Part shown: positions 31,967-41,876 of the stretch, in pieces
How the letters are laid out: every line of letters starts with the position of its first letter
Position numbering within the stretch: position 1 is the stretch's first letter
Assembly: GCA_021108075.1 (NCBI GenBank)
Contig: JAIORP010000158.1
Location: forward strand, 5,740 to 69,739
Source of the DNA: Candidatus Omnitrophota bacterium
GTDB lineage: Bacteria; Omnitrophota; Gorgyraeia; Zapsychrales; Zapsychraceae
Direction of reading: 5' to 3'
DNA length: 64,000 nucleotides
Program-made: the position numbers and the translations under genes
The notes under the pieces: model-generated
Seen by the model: the letters and a program-made list of their open reading frames with translations, nothing else
Databases searched by the model: none
Told to the model about the DNA's origin: nothing

Positions 31967-34198
31967 TTAATGGAACACTCCCCGGCTTTTCCCGTTCAGT
32001 CCACGCCCGAACATCTTCTTGAGTCTAATGAAATAACAACTGATCAGCAAAAGAAAAAATGCTAAAAAATATATCATCAACAATTTATAAAAGGTTTCCA
32101 TCAAGCGGCTTTCATAACGAAGACGCAACCGATGCTTTCCAGCCGGGACCCAAACACCTTTAAAAGCCACATTCGCCCGATAAATGGTTTCCGGCTTTCC
32201 GTCCACGGTTAAATGCCATTTGCGGTGATAACTGTCATTATAAACGAATAATTGTGGAAAAGGCACATCCAACAACAGTTCGATTTCGTTTAAATCAAAA
32301 CGGCGGACAGTCAAAGTTTGACCATCGGCCAAGATGACCCGTGGAGGCTTTAACGGCGCGGGCGGTCCCGCCTTTGTCATTTCAGTTTGATCATCCCCAC
32401 AAACAACAAGGGCTTTCTTCGACCGCAAGGATAAGACCTCAGCTATATGCTGTTTATCATCAAAGGTTTCATCAACGCATTGAAAATCATCATATAAAAT
32501 AAATTTATTTTTAACGTAGGACTGCAATAACTCCCTGGGCATCTGTTCATGCAGGAAGTACGACCATCTCATCCCATAGTAATTCTCCTTGAAAAATCCT
32601 GACGTATCCTGCAGGGCCCCAAAGGCTTCATAGGGTTTTAACACTTCCCTTTGATAATCCGGCCTTTCAAATACAAATACCGGAGGGTCATCGTTGGTCC
32701 AGTTATCTTGCTGACTGTCTGTGAATTTATAATGCGCGGTGTTTTGCCTAAAGGATTGAAAGACACTGACAGGCTGTATCATAATGATAATAAAAAATCC
32801 GGCCATCAAGCCGTAACGTACGATTGGTTTTGAATGGTAACGCCCCCACAGGATTAAGAATATGACATTGAGCAATAAACTTAAGTAAGAAATGAAACCC
32901 ACATTCCGGATTTGATAAAAAAACACTCCCAACGCAGAATGTATCACAATGAGCAGCAGACCGATTATTTTTTTGGACTTCTGTTGTGGGAATGAGTACA
33001 TCCACCAGGCTAAGACGTCAACAAAGAATAACAGTGCGGCCAACCAGGCAAACCAGACGAGATAGTGCAAATTCCGAAAATACCTGAAGAAAAATATATA
33101 TTTAAATAAAAACAGAAACAACGGCGTAAAATCCGCAAGGCTGATAAGGAAAATCAAGAAAGCAATGGATATAAAAATCAATCCCTTCTTCCGGACAGGA
33201 ACGATCAGGCCACAGGCTAAAATCAACCAAAAAAATAAAGGAGCATAAAAAAGACCTAAATCCATCCCATCTAAATCGGCCCACAACCCTCTGATACTGT
33301 TCGGTCCGATCAGACTGCTCAGGCTGATGGTCGCTAAAGTCATCTCCAGGGGGTCATCCCCCGCTGTCCGCCAGTTCACGACATAATCCCCATTCCGGGC
33401 TTCCAAAAACCAACGGAAGCCCGGCAACAAAGATAACAGGATAGAAACAATGGCCAGCGCAAAAATGATCTTATTTTTTCCGGCGAATGTCCTCAATTCT
33501 TTCAAACAAAGCCCGACGCGCCGGGGGTAGAACGCGCACAAACAAACCAGAATGATCCCCAGGCTGGTCAAGAAATGAAAAGGCATATAAGTCACATTTA
33601 TGATCATCATCGCCAAGGTCAGCCCGAGCCAATCAACAATTTTAAACTCCTTAAAAAAAGACACAAAAAAATAATAAAACCATATCGCGGGAACAATGAT
33701 CAGCACCAGCAAACAATCGTTAAAAATATTGCTGCCCAAATTAGACAATAACACGAGACAGAACGCGCAATAAGCCAACCAGAACTTCTTATACAAACAC
33801 TTCACCAAAAAGTAAAAACCAAAGGCGCCCAAAATAAAATAGAAGAGATAAAAGCAAGCGTATGCCGTAGAAAAATTCGCGCCCACGCCCCGCATCAGAC
33901 TGATGATATAGGTCAATGGGTTGCACTCTCCGATCATGCGCACGCCAAAATCATCTGGTCTGCCCCAGGCATGATAGGGATCCCATAAAGGATACACCCA
34001 ACGGCCGATATGATGAAAAAAATACTCCGTATAACGGTAACAGACCTGGGCATCAACGATAAGTTTGATGTGACCTTTTATTAAATGGGAGATTGAATGC
34101 AGCCATATAAAGACCGGAAGGATAAAAAGAAAAAGATAAGCAGCTGACCGGATGAACACATCGAATAACGAAAAATTTTGATTATTATTTTTTGGCAT
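31967..34198 (-). CDS. YfhO-like GT-C membrane glycosyltransferase (module 2)
   Basis: YPLWDPY..G, NVTYMPF, FFRYFRNLHY, YNDSYHRKW...AFKGVWVPAGKH. Confidence 0.75.
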   Translation of the reverse strand: MPKNNNQNFSLFDVFIRSAAYLFLFILPVFIWLHSISHLIKGHIKLIVDAQVCYRYTEYFFHHIGRWVYPLWDPYHAWGRPDDFGVRMIGECNPLTYIISLMRGVGANFSTAYACFYLFYFILGAFGFYFLVKCLYKKFWLAYCAFCLVLLSNLGSNIFNDCLLVLIIVPAIWFYYFFVSFFKEFKIVDWLGLTLAMMIINVTYMPFHFLTSLGIILVCLCAFYPRRVGLCLKELRTFAGKNKIIFALAIVSILLSLLPGFRWFLEARNGDYVVNWRTAGDDPLEMTLATISLSSLIGPNSIRGLWADLDGMDLGLFYAPLFFWLILACGLIVPVRKKGLIFISIAFLIFLISLADFTPLFLFLFKYIFFFRYFRNLHYLVWFAWLAALLFFVDVLAWWMYSFPQQKSKKIIGLLLIVIHSALGVFFYQIRNVGFISYLSLLLNVIFLILWGRYHSKPIVRYGLMAGFFIIIMIQPVSVFQSFRQNTAHYKFTDSQQDNWTNDDPPVFVFERPDYQREVLKPYEAFGALQDTSGFFKENYYGMRWSYFLHEQMPRELLQSYVKNKFILYDDFQCVDETFDDKQHIAEVLSLRSKKALVVCGDDQTEMTKAGPPAPLKPPRVILADGQTLTVRRFDLNEIELLLDVPFPQLFVYNDSYHRKWHLTVDGKPETIYRANVAFKGVWVPAGKHRLRLRYESRLMETFYKLLMIYFLAFFLLLISCYFIRLKKMFGRGLNGKSRGVFH

Positions 34199-34233
34199 GG
34201 GATTTGATGACGGTATTCATCTTATACAAGCAA

Positions 34234-35193
34234 TCAATATGGTGCCAGATCGATGTTATGGTATTTTTCAACGCGAGAGCCAACGCTCTGTTGATGTATT
34301 TTCGACTGTTCTAAAAAATTATGGGCCACCTGCGGTTTACCGACGGCCTGCATGATCAGGCTGGAGTAATACAATGCTTCATAATGATACGGATCATATC
34401 TTAGGGCTGTACGAAAAGATTGTAGCGCCAATTTATAACTCTTCACTTTATATTGAGCGAGTCCCAGATAAAAATGAAAGAACGCGTAATCATCGATATC
34501 TTCCCGCAGGGCCGAATTCGCGTAACCGACCATCTCTGAAATCTCATCCATCGCATATAAACTCATAACAACAACCTTGTAATCATTTTCATAGCCGAAC
34601 CTCATCTGGGCCAAAACATATTCAGGGCTTAAATGCGCACCGGATATCAAAAAAGGAACATATATCCGCCTGGAATTTAACGTGTAACGTAAGGTCTCCC
34701 TTTTCTTTGCGTCCAGGGCCTTGACCATAAATTGAAAAGCAGCAGGATATTCTTTCGATTTAAAATGAATAACACCCAAATTATAATTGAACCAAAAGAA
34801 ATCCGGTTTTAAATCACTTGCTTTGTTATACAACTTTTTCGATTCGCCGACCTGCCCTTGCAGATAACGGCAGTAGGCCAACATACCATATGAGTCAGGC
34901 CGGTTGGGCAAGGCTTCAATGATTTCTTCCAGATAGTGAACGTAACGATCCAGCTCTTTGGGCTCAGGGGTTTCTTTTGATTCAGTCGCACGCACGAGCA
35001 ACTCCCAGCTTGCGGGCATAAGCCGGCTTAAAGTAACCAGCTTGGCTTTTAAAACGACATAGTCCCACGGGATAAAAGTCTTTGAGATCACATAAAAAAG
35101 GAGGCAAAGCACAATCACGCGATTGAACACAAAATTGATCCATTGACGTCCACCGGAGAAACATTTTTTCTGTTTAAATGGTTGTTTTGTCAT
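34234..35193 (-). CDS. Membrane-anchored TPR protein (module 3)
   Basis: N-terminal TM; KPDFFWFNYNLGV, ALRYDPYHYEALYY. Confidence 0.8.
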   Translation of the reverse strand: MTKQPFKQKKCFSGGRQWINFVFNRVIVLCLLFYVISKTFIPWDYVVLKAKLVTLSRLMPASWELLVRATESKETPEPKELDRYVHYLEEIIEALPNRPDSYGMLAYCRYLQGQVGESKKLYNKASDLKPDFFWFNYNLGVIHFKSKEYPAAFQFMVKALDAKKRETLRYTLNSRRIYVPFLISGAHLSPEYVLAQMRFGYENDYKVVVMSLYAMDEISEMVGYANSALREDIDDYAFFHFYLGLAQYKVKSYKLALQSFRTALRYDPYHYEALYYSSLIMQAVGKPQVAHNFLEQSKIHQQSVGSRVEKYHNIDLAPY

Positions 35194-37451
35194 TGTGCTG
35201 TCACCGCTCTGTTTCTATTCATGAACGCTCTCCACCCATAAAAAAGAACAGCCAGAAAGACCGCGTAAAAAATCAGCATGAATAGCACTTTCAAATAATA
35301 CTGAAACATCGTGTTGAACCGGAAGGTAATTTCATGTTCTCCCGCCGGAACAAACAGTCCCTTAAAAGCGATGTTGGCGATATCAATGCCGACAGGATTA
35401 TTGTCGATGGCGGCGTTCCACAGGGGATGAAAGCTGTCATTGTAGACCAAATATTTATCAATATCATAATGCATGTGTACTGTGACCTGATTGCTGTCAT
35501 AGGAAACAACTTTAAAGCTCGAGCTTGATTCGGACACATACTCAGGCTGTCCTTGAATATCCTGAATGTTGCGGACCCTGGTAACACCACGATCCGAATA
35601 ATAGGAGAAATAATTCTCCGGTAAAGGCTGAATGAAGGCGACGTTCTTATTGCCACGCAACGAAACCGTTAAGTCATCATAGTGAAAATCTTTTTCGACC
35701 ACCTTAACCTGATCATATACGATAAATCGGTAATAAATATAATTTTTCAGGACCGGGTACGGGATGTGCGATAATAACTGCTGATAGCCTTTTGAGGCGT
35801 AATATATCTGGGGCCCCCCGATCTCAAGCTGCTCCTGCTTTAAAGAATCCAGCAGAACCTTGCGCCCGCGCGTATATTGAAAATCGTGCGACAAGTTATC
35901 ATATTTCGAGATGTCATAACCCAGAGGGATATTATTTTTTAAATAAGAAAAGACTTCTAATGGCTGGACGACGAGGGACAAAAAAAGCAATACCCAGCAC
36001 AGTCCATTCAGTTTCTGATTGATTGCCCCGTTCTTTTGGGATGAAAAAAAACTAATAATAAAGTAAGCCAGACTCAGGACGATAACGAAGTAGGTTGAGT
36101 TGATATTATAGGGTTGTTTCACATGGACGAACAAAACAAGGCCATGCACCAAGACGGCAAACAAGACATAAACCACCGTATTAATTTTTTTCTTTTTTAT
36201 GGCGTGCTGATACTGATCAAAAATCTCGGTTAAAAACAGGATCGCGACAGGAGATAAAATGATCCAAAGAAAAAAATGAAGGTTCTTAAAATATTTAAAG
36301 AAGAAGACCCGCGAATAGAACCAATCATACAATGGAATCCGTGGAAAATAGACGAGAAACAATCCCATACCCCAAAAACAAAAAAACAAAAGACGTTTTG
36401 ATATCTTATTGAACAAACCCATAGCAAAAATTATGAACGCGAATAATGGAAGGTACAATACCGCGTAAGTAAAACGCTTCAAATTATTAAAGTACTGGAC
36501 ATACACGATGTCTTCCATAATACCCCAGTCCTTGATGGCGACTTTATTCACTTCGAAAATATGTTTCGCGTTCTGGGCTGAAGGGCGGCCCGGCAAGACA
36601 AAATGTGAGAGGCTGGATTGTTTATAAAATAACCACCCCGGCAACAACGATAGGCCAAAACAGACGAGAACGATGACAATCAGAATTTTATGTTTTTTTA
36701 AAAAACATCCAAAAACAAAGACAAAACGCAACATTTTCTTAGGGGAAAAAATAATCATAAGAAGAAAAAATGAAATGGCAATGCTGATGAAATAAAACGG
36801 GATATATGTTCCCATTAAAATCATGCTGGTCAGTAATATCCCCAATATGTCGCGGATGATCCGATCGCAGTCCTCGTTTAAACCCGGCGATTGTCTTTCT
36901 TCACTCAAAGCCTGAAATATGTCCAGAAAGAAATAAAAAAACCAAATCATCGGGACAAACATCAAATGCAGATAGGAATCAAACATGCGTGTCGTTAAAG
37001 AAGAAAAAAGAAACAGACAAAAAGCTGTAAAGGCGCTCTTTCTGTAATGAAAAATCCTTCTGGCCAACAAATAAAATCCATATGCCCCTAAAAAATTGTA
37101 AAACACACAAAACAAGATATACCCTATGCGGTATGGGAGACCCATCTTCGCGCTTAAGATCAAAAAAAAGTATGCCGGATTAAATTCGTTGAAACGCCTT
37201 AAAAAAAACTCATTGTTAACCCCACAGTTCCAGTTGGGGTCCCAAAGCGGGATCACATTCCGGGCCAAAGATTCAACGAAATATTTTGTATGTTCGTAAT
37301 AAGAGATAGCGTCGCTGGCAACGGGAATTTTCCCGAATAAAAAACCTTTAAACACAAACATCCACATTAAAAAAGAAATCACGATAAAAAAACAGATGAT
37401 TTTCTCTTCACTCTGAAAGACGTTACTGATCCATGTCCGTAAATTTTTCAT
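35190..37451 (-). CDS. YfhO-like GT-C membrane glycosyltransferase (module 3)
   Basis: SDAISYY..IPLWDPNWNCG, GTYIPF, FFKYFKNLHF, YNDSFHPLW...AFKGLFVPAGEH. Confidence 0.75.
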   Translation of the reverse strand: MKNLRTWISNVFQSEEKIICFFIVISFLMWMFVFKGFLFGKIPVASDAISYYEHTKYFVESLARNVIPLWDPNWNCGVNNEFFLRRFNEFNPAYFFLILSAKMGLPYRIGYILFCVFYNFLGAYGFYLLARRIFHYRKSAFTAFCLFLFSSLTTRMFDSYLHLMFVPMIWFFYFFLDIFQALSEERQSPGLNEDCDRIIRDILGILLTSMILMGTYIPFYFISIAISFFLLMIIFSPKKMLRFVFVFGCFLKKHKILIVIVLVCFGLSLLPGWLFYKQSSLSHFVLPGRPSAQNAKHIFEVNKVAIKDWGIMEDIVYVQYFNNLKRFTYAVLYLPLFAFIIFAMGLFNKISKRLLFFCFWGMGLFLVYFPRIPLYDWFYSRVFFFKYFKNLHFFLWIILSPVAILFLTEIFDQYQHAIKKKKINTVVYVLFAVLVHGLVLFVHVKQPYNINSTYFVIVLSLAYFIISFFSSQKNGAINQKLNGLCWVLLFLSLVVQPLEVFSYLKNNIPLGYDISKYDNLSHDFQYTRGRKVLLDSLKQEQLEIGGPQIYYASKGYQQLLSHIPYPVLKNYIYYRFIVYDQVKVVEKDFHYDDLTVSLRGNKNVAFIQPLPENYFSYYSDRGVTRVRNIQDIQGQPEYVSESSSSFKVVSYDSNQVTVHMHYDIDKYLVYNDSFHPLWNAAIDNNPVGIDIANIAFKGLFVPAGEHEITFRFNTMFQYYLKVLFMLIFYAVFLAVLFYGWRAFMNRNRAVTAQ

Positions 37452-37465
37452 TAAAAAATAACCAT

Positions 37466-39544
37466 TTAATGTGATTGAACCCCTTGCTTTTCCCGAATAA
37501 GCTGAACGGCCATGATTTTAACAATAGCATTCGGACGAGCGGCTCTTATTATAAATCGATATTCATGATACGCGACAGGATGGAGCAAAGGGTACAAACG
37601 GTCAAACCCATTCTTGTGATGAGAAATCTCACGTTTGACATCCAAATTTTTCCATTCTCTATCCTGGTAGCGGCCTTGCAATGTCCATTGGAAAGGCACT
37701 CTCTGTCCATCCCGGTTAAAACCGGATCCGATCAGTCGATAACCATACAGATCTTGGGCTAAATGTTTTGATTCGATTCGAAATTCCTGTTCTCCCCGGA
37801 TATACCAAAAAGGAAATTTTTTTTCGGGTTGAGTTCGATGCTGTTGTTCAAAGACCAAAAACGGCGCCGCATCCAATCCTTCCCGATGAACGGTTATAAG
37901 GCTTTGCGCGTCACTGCCCCCTGCCTCGAGATACACCCGGCCATCCTGAACCGCGCTTGGAGTAAATGAATACCGCACATCATTGAGATCAATGACTTTA
38001 GTAAATTTGTCGTAATATATCGCATCCCCGGGTTCGATAAAAGAAATATCTTGAGAAAATTCAGACTTCGACTCCATAATGACAGCAAAAAGCGGACGGA
38101 CATGATTCACGGAGGTCAGCATATATCCAAACTCAAATGGAAAGGCCTTGCGGACTAAAGCCGTGCCGACCGGGATTCCTTTAACAACCACGCGTTTCAT
38201 CTCTGCGGGGATTCCGGCTGTCATCTGACTTTTCAGATATCGCCATTCCAGGTAATAATTTTGTGCGACCGCCGTCATATGCCTCATTGTTACGACGCTG
38301 TAAAGCACGACCAATGCCACGCCATAAACCTTCAGCCCGCTTAAACAATCACGTTTATTTTGATCCAATTTATTCCACAGCCAAAAATGCAACACAACCC
38401 CTAGCGCGGTGGTCGGCCATAAAACCCTGAAACCCAAAACAGAAAAACACTGTTGGGCTATAATCATCGGACTGATGATCAATAAAGACAGGATCAGAAA
38501 CATAACAAACTTTTCTAAAACAAAAAACCAGGATGTGGTCTCGTTCTTATCTAAACGAGCCGCCCGATTGAATAAGCAGACCAACGGCGTAAAAACAATG
38601 ATCAGCCTTAACACAACACCAAAAGAGGGCCGCAACAGATACCAGATATGACTGATGGACAACAGCACAATTTCTTTGACCAGTCCCCACTTGCTCCAAA
38701 TATCTTTCACCAATCCCATAGAATAAACAGACCCCGCGGGGGCGGAGTATTCCAAATGCTGGCTGGCGATCGGATAGATACACTGCCGGTCTATGATCCG
38801 GTAAATCACCATGCCCGCAGAAAAAAAGATCACATCATTGATAAAAACTTTCCGTTGATCCTGTCTTTGTGACGATTTAAATGACAAAATATTTATAACC
38901 GTTAAAACAAAAACAAACAGCGCGGTTAAGGGATAAATCAATAAACTGCACTGGAAGAATATAAACGACAACACAATCCAGGCGTACTCAGAAAGACTTC
39001 GCCTTTCCCAGAGCCATTTCAATCCACGCCCTCTTTCCCAAAGGAAGTAACAAAGAAAGGCAAAGACAGCATTAAAAGGTCCACAAAAGAAATTCGCGAC
39101 CCAGATGACGTTAATTTGCTGCGGGGCGGAAAAGATCAAGCTAAATCCAGCCAGTACCGCCCAAAACGGGTCCAGAAAACGGCGCTTGATCATGAATCGG
39201 ATAAAAACGGTCATGGCGATATAAATAAAGAAAAAACATGCAAACCTTCCCCACGCTAAGGCGTTCAAACTGTTCATCCCCCACGCTAAGACGCTCACAC
39301 ATACCGCCCCTAAAGCACGTCCAACCATAAGAATGTGCACGGACTCAAAAAAACCCAGCCACTCAAAGGATTTGACAGATAACAAGGCTGCATCATTGTG
39401 ATAGGCGAAAGGGGTGATGAAAACTGGCAGATAGACAAGAAAACTAACGCAGGTTAAGGCCCAAAAGAGACATTGACTGTTACCCCATCCATAAAAAAAA
39501 TTTTGGTAAGACTTATTTATTTTTTCTTTTAAAAACTGGATCAT
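37466..39544 (-). CDS. GtrII-like GT-C glycosyltransferase with C-terminal discoidin/F5-8-like domain
   Basis: YHND...GRALG N-terminal loop, about 10 TMs, tail PFQWTLQG...WKNLD...YHEYRFII; the track's ATG 39574 lies inside a MITE, so 39544 is preferred. Confidence 0.6.
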   Translation of the reverse strand: MIQFLKEKINKSYQNFFYGWGNSQCLFWALTCVSFLVYLPVFITPFAYHNDAALLSVKSFEWLGFFESVHILMVGRALGAVCVSVLAWGMNSLNALAWGRFACFFFIYIAMTVFIRFMIKRRFLDPFWAVLAGFSLIFSAPQQINVIWVANFFCGPFNAVFAFLCYFLWERGRGLKWLWERRSLSEYAWIVLSFIFFQCSLLIYPLTALFVFVLTVINILSFKSSQRQDQRKVFINDVIFFSAGMVIYRIIDRQCIYPIASQHLEYSAPAGSVYSMGLVKDIWSKWGLVKEIVLLSISHIWYLLRPSFGVVLRLIIVFTPLVCLFNRAARLDKNETTSWFFVLEKFVMFLILSLLIISPMIIAQQCFSVLGFRVLWPTTALGVVLHFWLWNKLDQNKRDCLSGLKVYGVALVVLYSVVTMRHMTAVAQNYYLEWRYLKSQMTAGIPAEMKRVVVKGIPVGTALVRKAFPFEFGYMLTSVNHVRPLFAVIMESKSEFSQDISFIEPGDAIYYDKFTKVIDLNDVRYSFTPSAVQDGRVYLEAGGSDAQSLITVHREGLDAAPFLVFEQQHRTQPEKKFPFWYIRGEQEFRIESKHLAQDLYGYRLIGSGFNRDGQRVPFQWTLQGRYQDREWKNLDVKREISHHKNGFDRLYPLLHPVAYHEYRFIIRAARPNAIVKIMAVQLIREKQGVQSH

Positions 39545-39562
39545 ATATAAAACATTTATTGA

Positions 39563-39642
39563 TACCAATTCCATTAAATAATGACCAAAACCAATTCTGC
39601 TTTTCAGAATTAAGATAGAACAATTTATTAATGGATTTGGTA
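39563..39642 (+). mobile_element. MITE family A copy 4 (80 bp)
   Basis: TIRs intact, TGA duplication. Confidence 0.9.
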
Positions 39643-39671
39643 TGATTACAAATATCGACCGTGTCTATTTA

Positions 39672-39753
39672 TACCCATTCCGATTCTGCTTTTCCCGACG
39701 CTTAAGCAAAAATATCAGAATTGAAATAAAACAATTAACTAATAAATTTGGTA
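39672..39753 (+). mobile_element. MITE family A copy 5, degenerate long-loop form (82 bp)
   Basis: TACCCATTCC...TTTGGTA, TTA duplication (right copy is the stop of the radical SAM gene), internal deletion and eroded loop insert. Confidence 0.7.
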
Positions 39754-40782
39754 TTACCATTTAAAAGTAATACTGGTTCTCTCACAGCGTGAACAAACAG
39801 AAACCGCTCCCCGCCCTTTTTCATTCAATAGCATACGCATTTTCTGCGCGGAATGTCCATTCCAAATTTCTAATAAATTTGTTACACCAATCTTAAACGT
39901 CCCATAACGGGTTGTATCGCTCCAAACAGCACATTCGCAGCAGGCTAAAATATCGCCATTCCAATCCAATTGCATGGCCTTCCATATCCAATCGCACGAC
40001 CCCTTTAACGGCAGAACGGCCTGACTCAATGCCGGCTCCTGATCCTCTAATCCTCCTTTGGGATTACCGGGCCGAACATTTAACATAATTCCTAATGGGC
40101 GACAAAAGTCCTGGACCAACTTCAATTCATGCTGATTGTAATTATAGAGGATATAGTCAATCATAATGACGGTGCCGAAACGCCCTTTTTTATTTTTCTC
40201 CACCAATAAACGGATATTTGATTTAATCTTTTCAATATCACCATGCCGGACCTGAACATTATAAATATCTTTCGAAAATCCGCTTATGGCTATCTTTACA
40301 AAATCTAATCCCGCGTCCAATAATTCTTCGATCTTCCGCTCTGTTAATAATGAGCCATTGGTCGCGATCATGGTTGCCACACCTTGATCGGTTGCGGATT
40401 GGATGACCCGAGCCAAGTCCTTGTATATAAGCGGTTCCCCATTGGTGTATAAAACGGCTATAAGCAAATAATCCTTTAATTGCCGAATGATATCTAAGGC
40501 CATCTCAAGCGGCATTTTTCCTTTAGGGATTGTTCCCGTCCGACCTTTAGGATTCACATCAGGAATCACTCCTCTGGCATCACGGCAAAACAAACAATTC
40601 GCATTGCACTCATTGGATAAGTCCAGACTCAACATGTAGGGACCTTGCGCGGAGATCGGATTTTTTCTCCAATAAGCGAAATAACAATCCAACATATTTC
40701 TTATTTTGCGGATATTAATTTTCTTCTGCTGAATAACCCGCTGTAAAATTTTGAGGTGAAGTAAGATGTATTGATTGCGCAT
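39754..40782 (-). CDS. Radical SAM protein with SPASM/twitch domain
   Basis: CNANCLFC, GEPL, ATNG, CDWIW..WNGDILACC..CSRC; start uncertain (overlaps GT2 end). Confidence 0.85.
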   Translation of the reverse strand: MRNQYILLHLKILQRVIQQKKINIRKIRNMLDCYFAYWRKNPISAQGPYMLSLDLSNECNANCLFCRDARGVIPDVNPKGRTGTIPKGKMPLEMALDIIRQLKDYLLIAVLYTNGEPLIYKDLARVIQSATDQGVATMIATNGSLLTERKIEELLDAGLDFVKIAISGFSKDIYNVQVRHGDIEKIKSNIRLLVEKNKKGRFGTVIMIDYILYNYNQHELKLVQDFCRPLGIMLNVRPGNPKGGLEDQEPALSQAVLPLKGSCDWIWKAMQLDWNGDILACCECAVWSDTTRYGTFKIGVTNLLEIWNGHSAQKMRMLLNEKGRGAVSVCSRCERTSITFKW

Positions 40783-41752
40783 AGATATTTTTTTGGGGCT
40801 GTGAGAACCCATAGGTATTGTTTACAATGAATTTGGGGCGGTTCTTTGTTTCGTCATAAACCGCACCCAAGTAAAGTCCGATGATCCCCGTACAAAAAAG
40901 CTGAACACTCCCGATAAAAATAACAGCCATCATAATCGCCGTCCAACCTGGGATCGCTTTGCCCTGAAATTTCTCTAAAAGAACATGCCCGAGCAACACA
41001 AAACTGAATAAGATCGAAACAAAACCAATGGCGGAAGCTATTTGAAGGGGAACCGTGGAGAAAGAGACCACCGCGGATTCAAAAAAGTTGCGAATAACAT
41101 CAAAACTAAATATCTTGAATTTCGTCTCACCACCATAACGCGCGTGCCGTTCATACGGCACAAACGTCTGTTTAAAACCGATCCAGCAGACTAAACCACG
41201 AACAAACGGTCTTTTTTCTTTTAATTGAGTCACCTGGTCCGCAGCCCGGCGTGTTAAAAGCTTAAAATCCCCGGCCTCAACAGGCAAATGGATATCCGTG
41301 ATTTTATTGAGAATAAGATAACCGATCCTGGTGATAAACAACTTCACGCGCGATTCACCTTTCCGTAACGTGCGGACCGTGTGGATCACTTCCAAAGAAC
41401 GGTCTTTTTGCCAGATATCAATAAGTTTTGGAATTAACTCCGGAGGATCCTGCAAGTCGGCGTCCATATAAAGAACGAGGTCTCCTTGCGCAAATTCCAA
41501 GCCGGCTAATATCGAGGCCGCGACACCAAAACGCCGTGATAAGTTGACAACTCGAATATCACGATACAGTTTATCTTTCTCCATCAACAACTCGAAAGAC
41601 CGGTCGGTTGAAGCGTCGTTGACAAAAACAAGTTCATAGCCGTCAATCGCTCCGCGTTTAACTTCACGTCGCATCACAGAACGAACCCGTCTTAACAATT
41701 CGGGAAGAACTTGCTCCTCATTTCTAAAGGAGAACACAACAGACAATAGCAT
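40715..41752 (-). CDS. GT2 polyprenyl-phosphate glycosyltransferase (GtrB/YkcC/ArnC-like)
   Basis: FVNDASTD, LSRRFG, MDADLQDPPELI, GDFKL, two C-terminal TMs, ETKNRP. Confidence 0.9.
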   Translation of the reverse strand: MLLSVVFSFRNEEQVLPELLRRVRSVMRREVKRGAIDGYELVFVNDASTDRSFELLMEKDKLYRDIRVVNLSRRFGVAASILAGLEFAQGDLVLYMDADLQDPPELIPKLIDIWQKDRSLEVIHTVRTLRKGESRVKLFITRIGYLILNKITDIHLPVEAGDFKLLTRRAADQVTQLKEKRPFVRGLVCWIGFKQTFVPYERHARYGGETKFKIFSFDVIRNFFESAVVSFSTVPLQIASAIGFVSILFSFVLLGHVLLEKFQGKAIPGWTAIMMAVIFIGSVQLFCTGIIGLYLGAVYDETKNRPKFIVNNTYGFSQPQKNIYAQSIHLTSPQNFTAGYSAEEN

Positions 41753-41876
41753 AAGCTTATTATTATATATATTATTAAAGGACTAAAACATTATAATAAA
41801 AATTATAAACATTCTCATCATATTTCTTTAAGAAAACCTCTCCTGATTCCCTTTGACGGTAAAGATCAAAAAAAAA

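Noticed and set aside
39545-39574. Track start codon MELVS for the GtrII-like gene (likewise MDLVL at 42968)
   Set aside because: These ATGs come from MITE terminal repeats; downstream ATGs are more plausible
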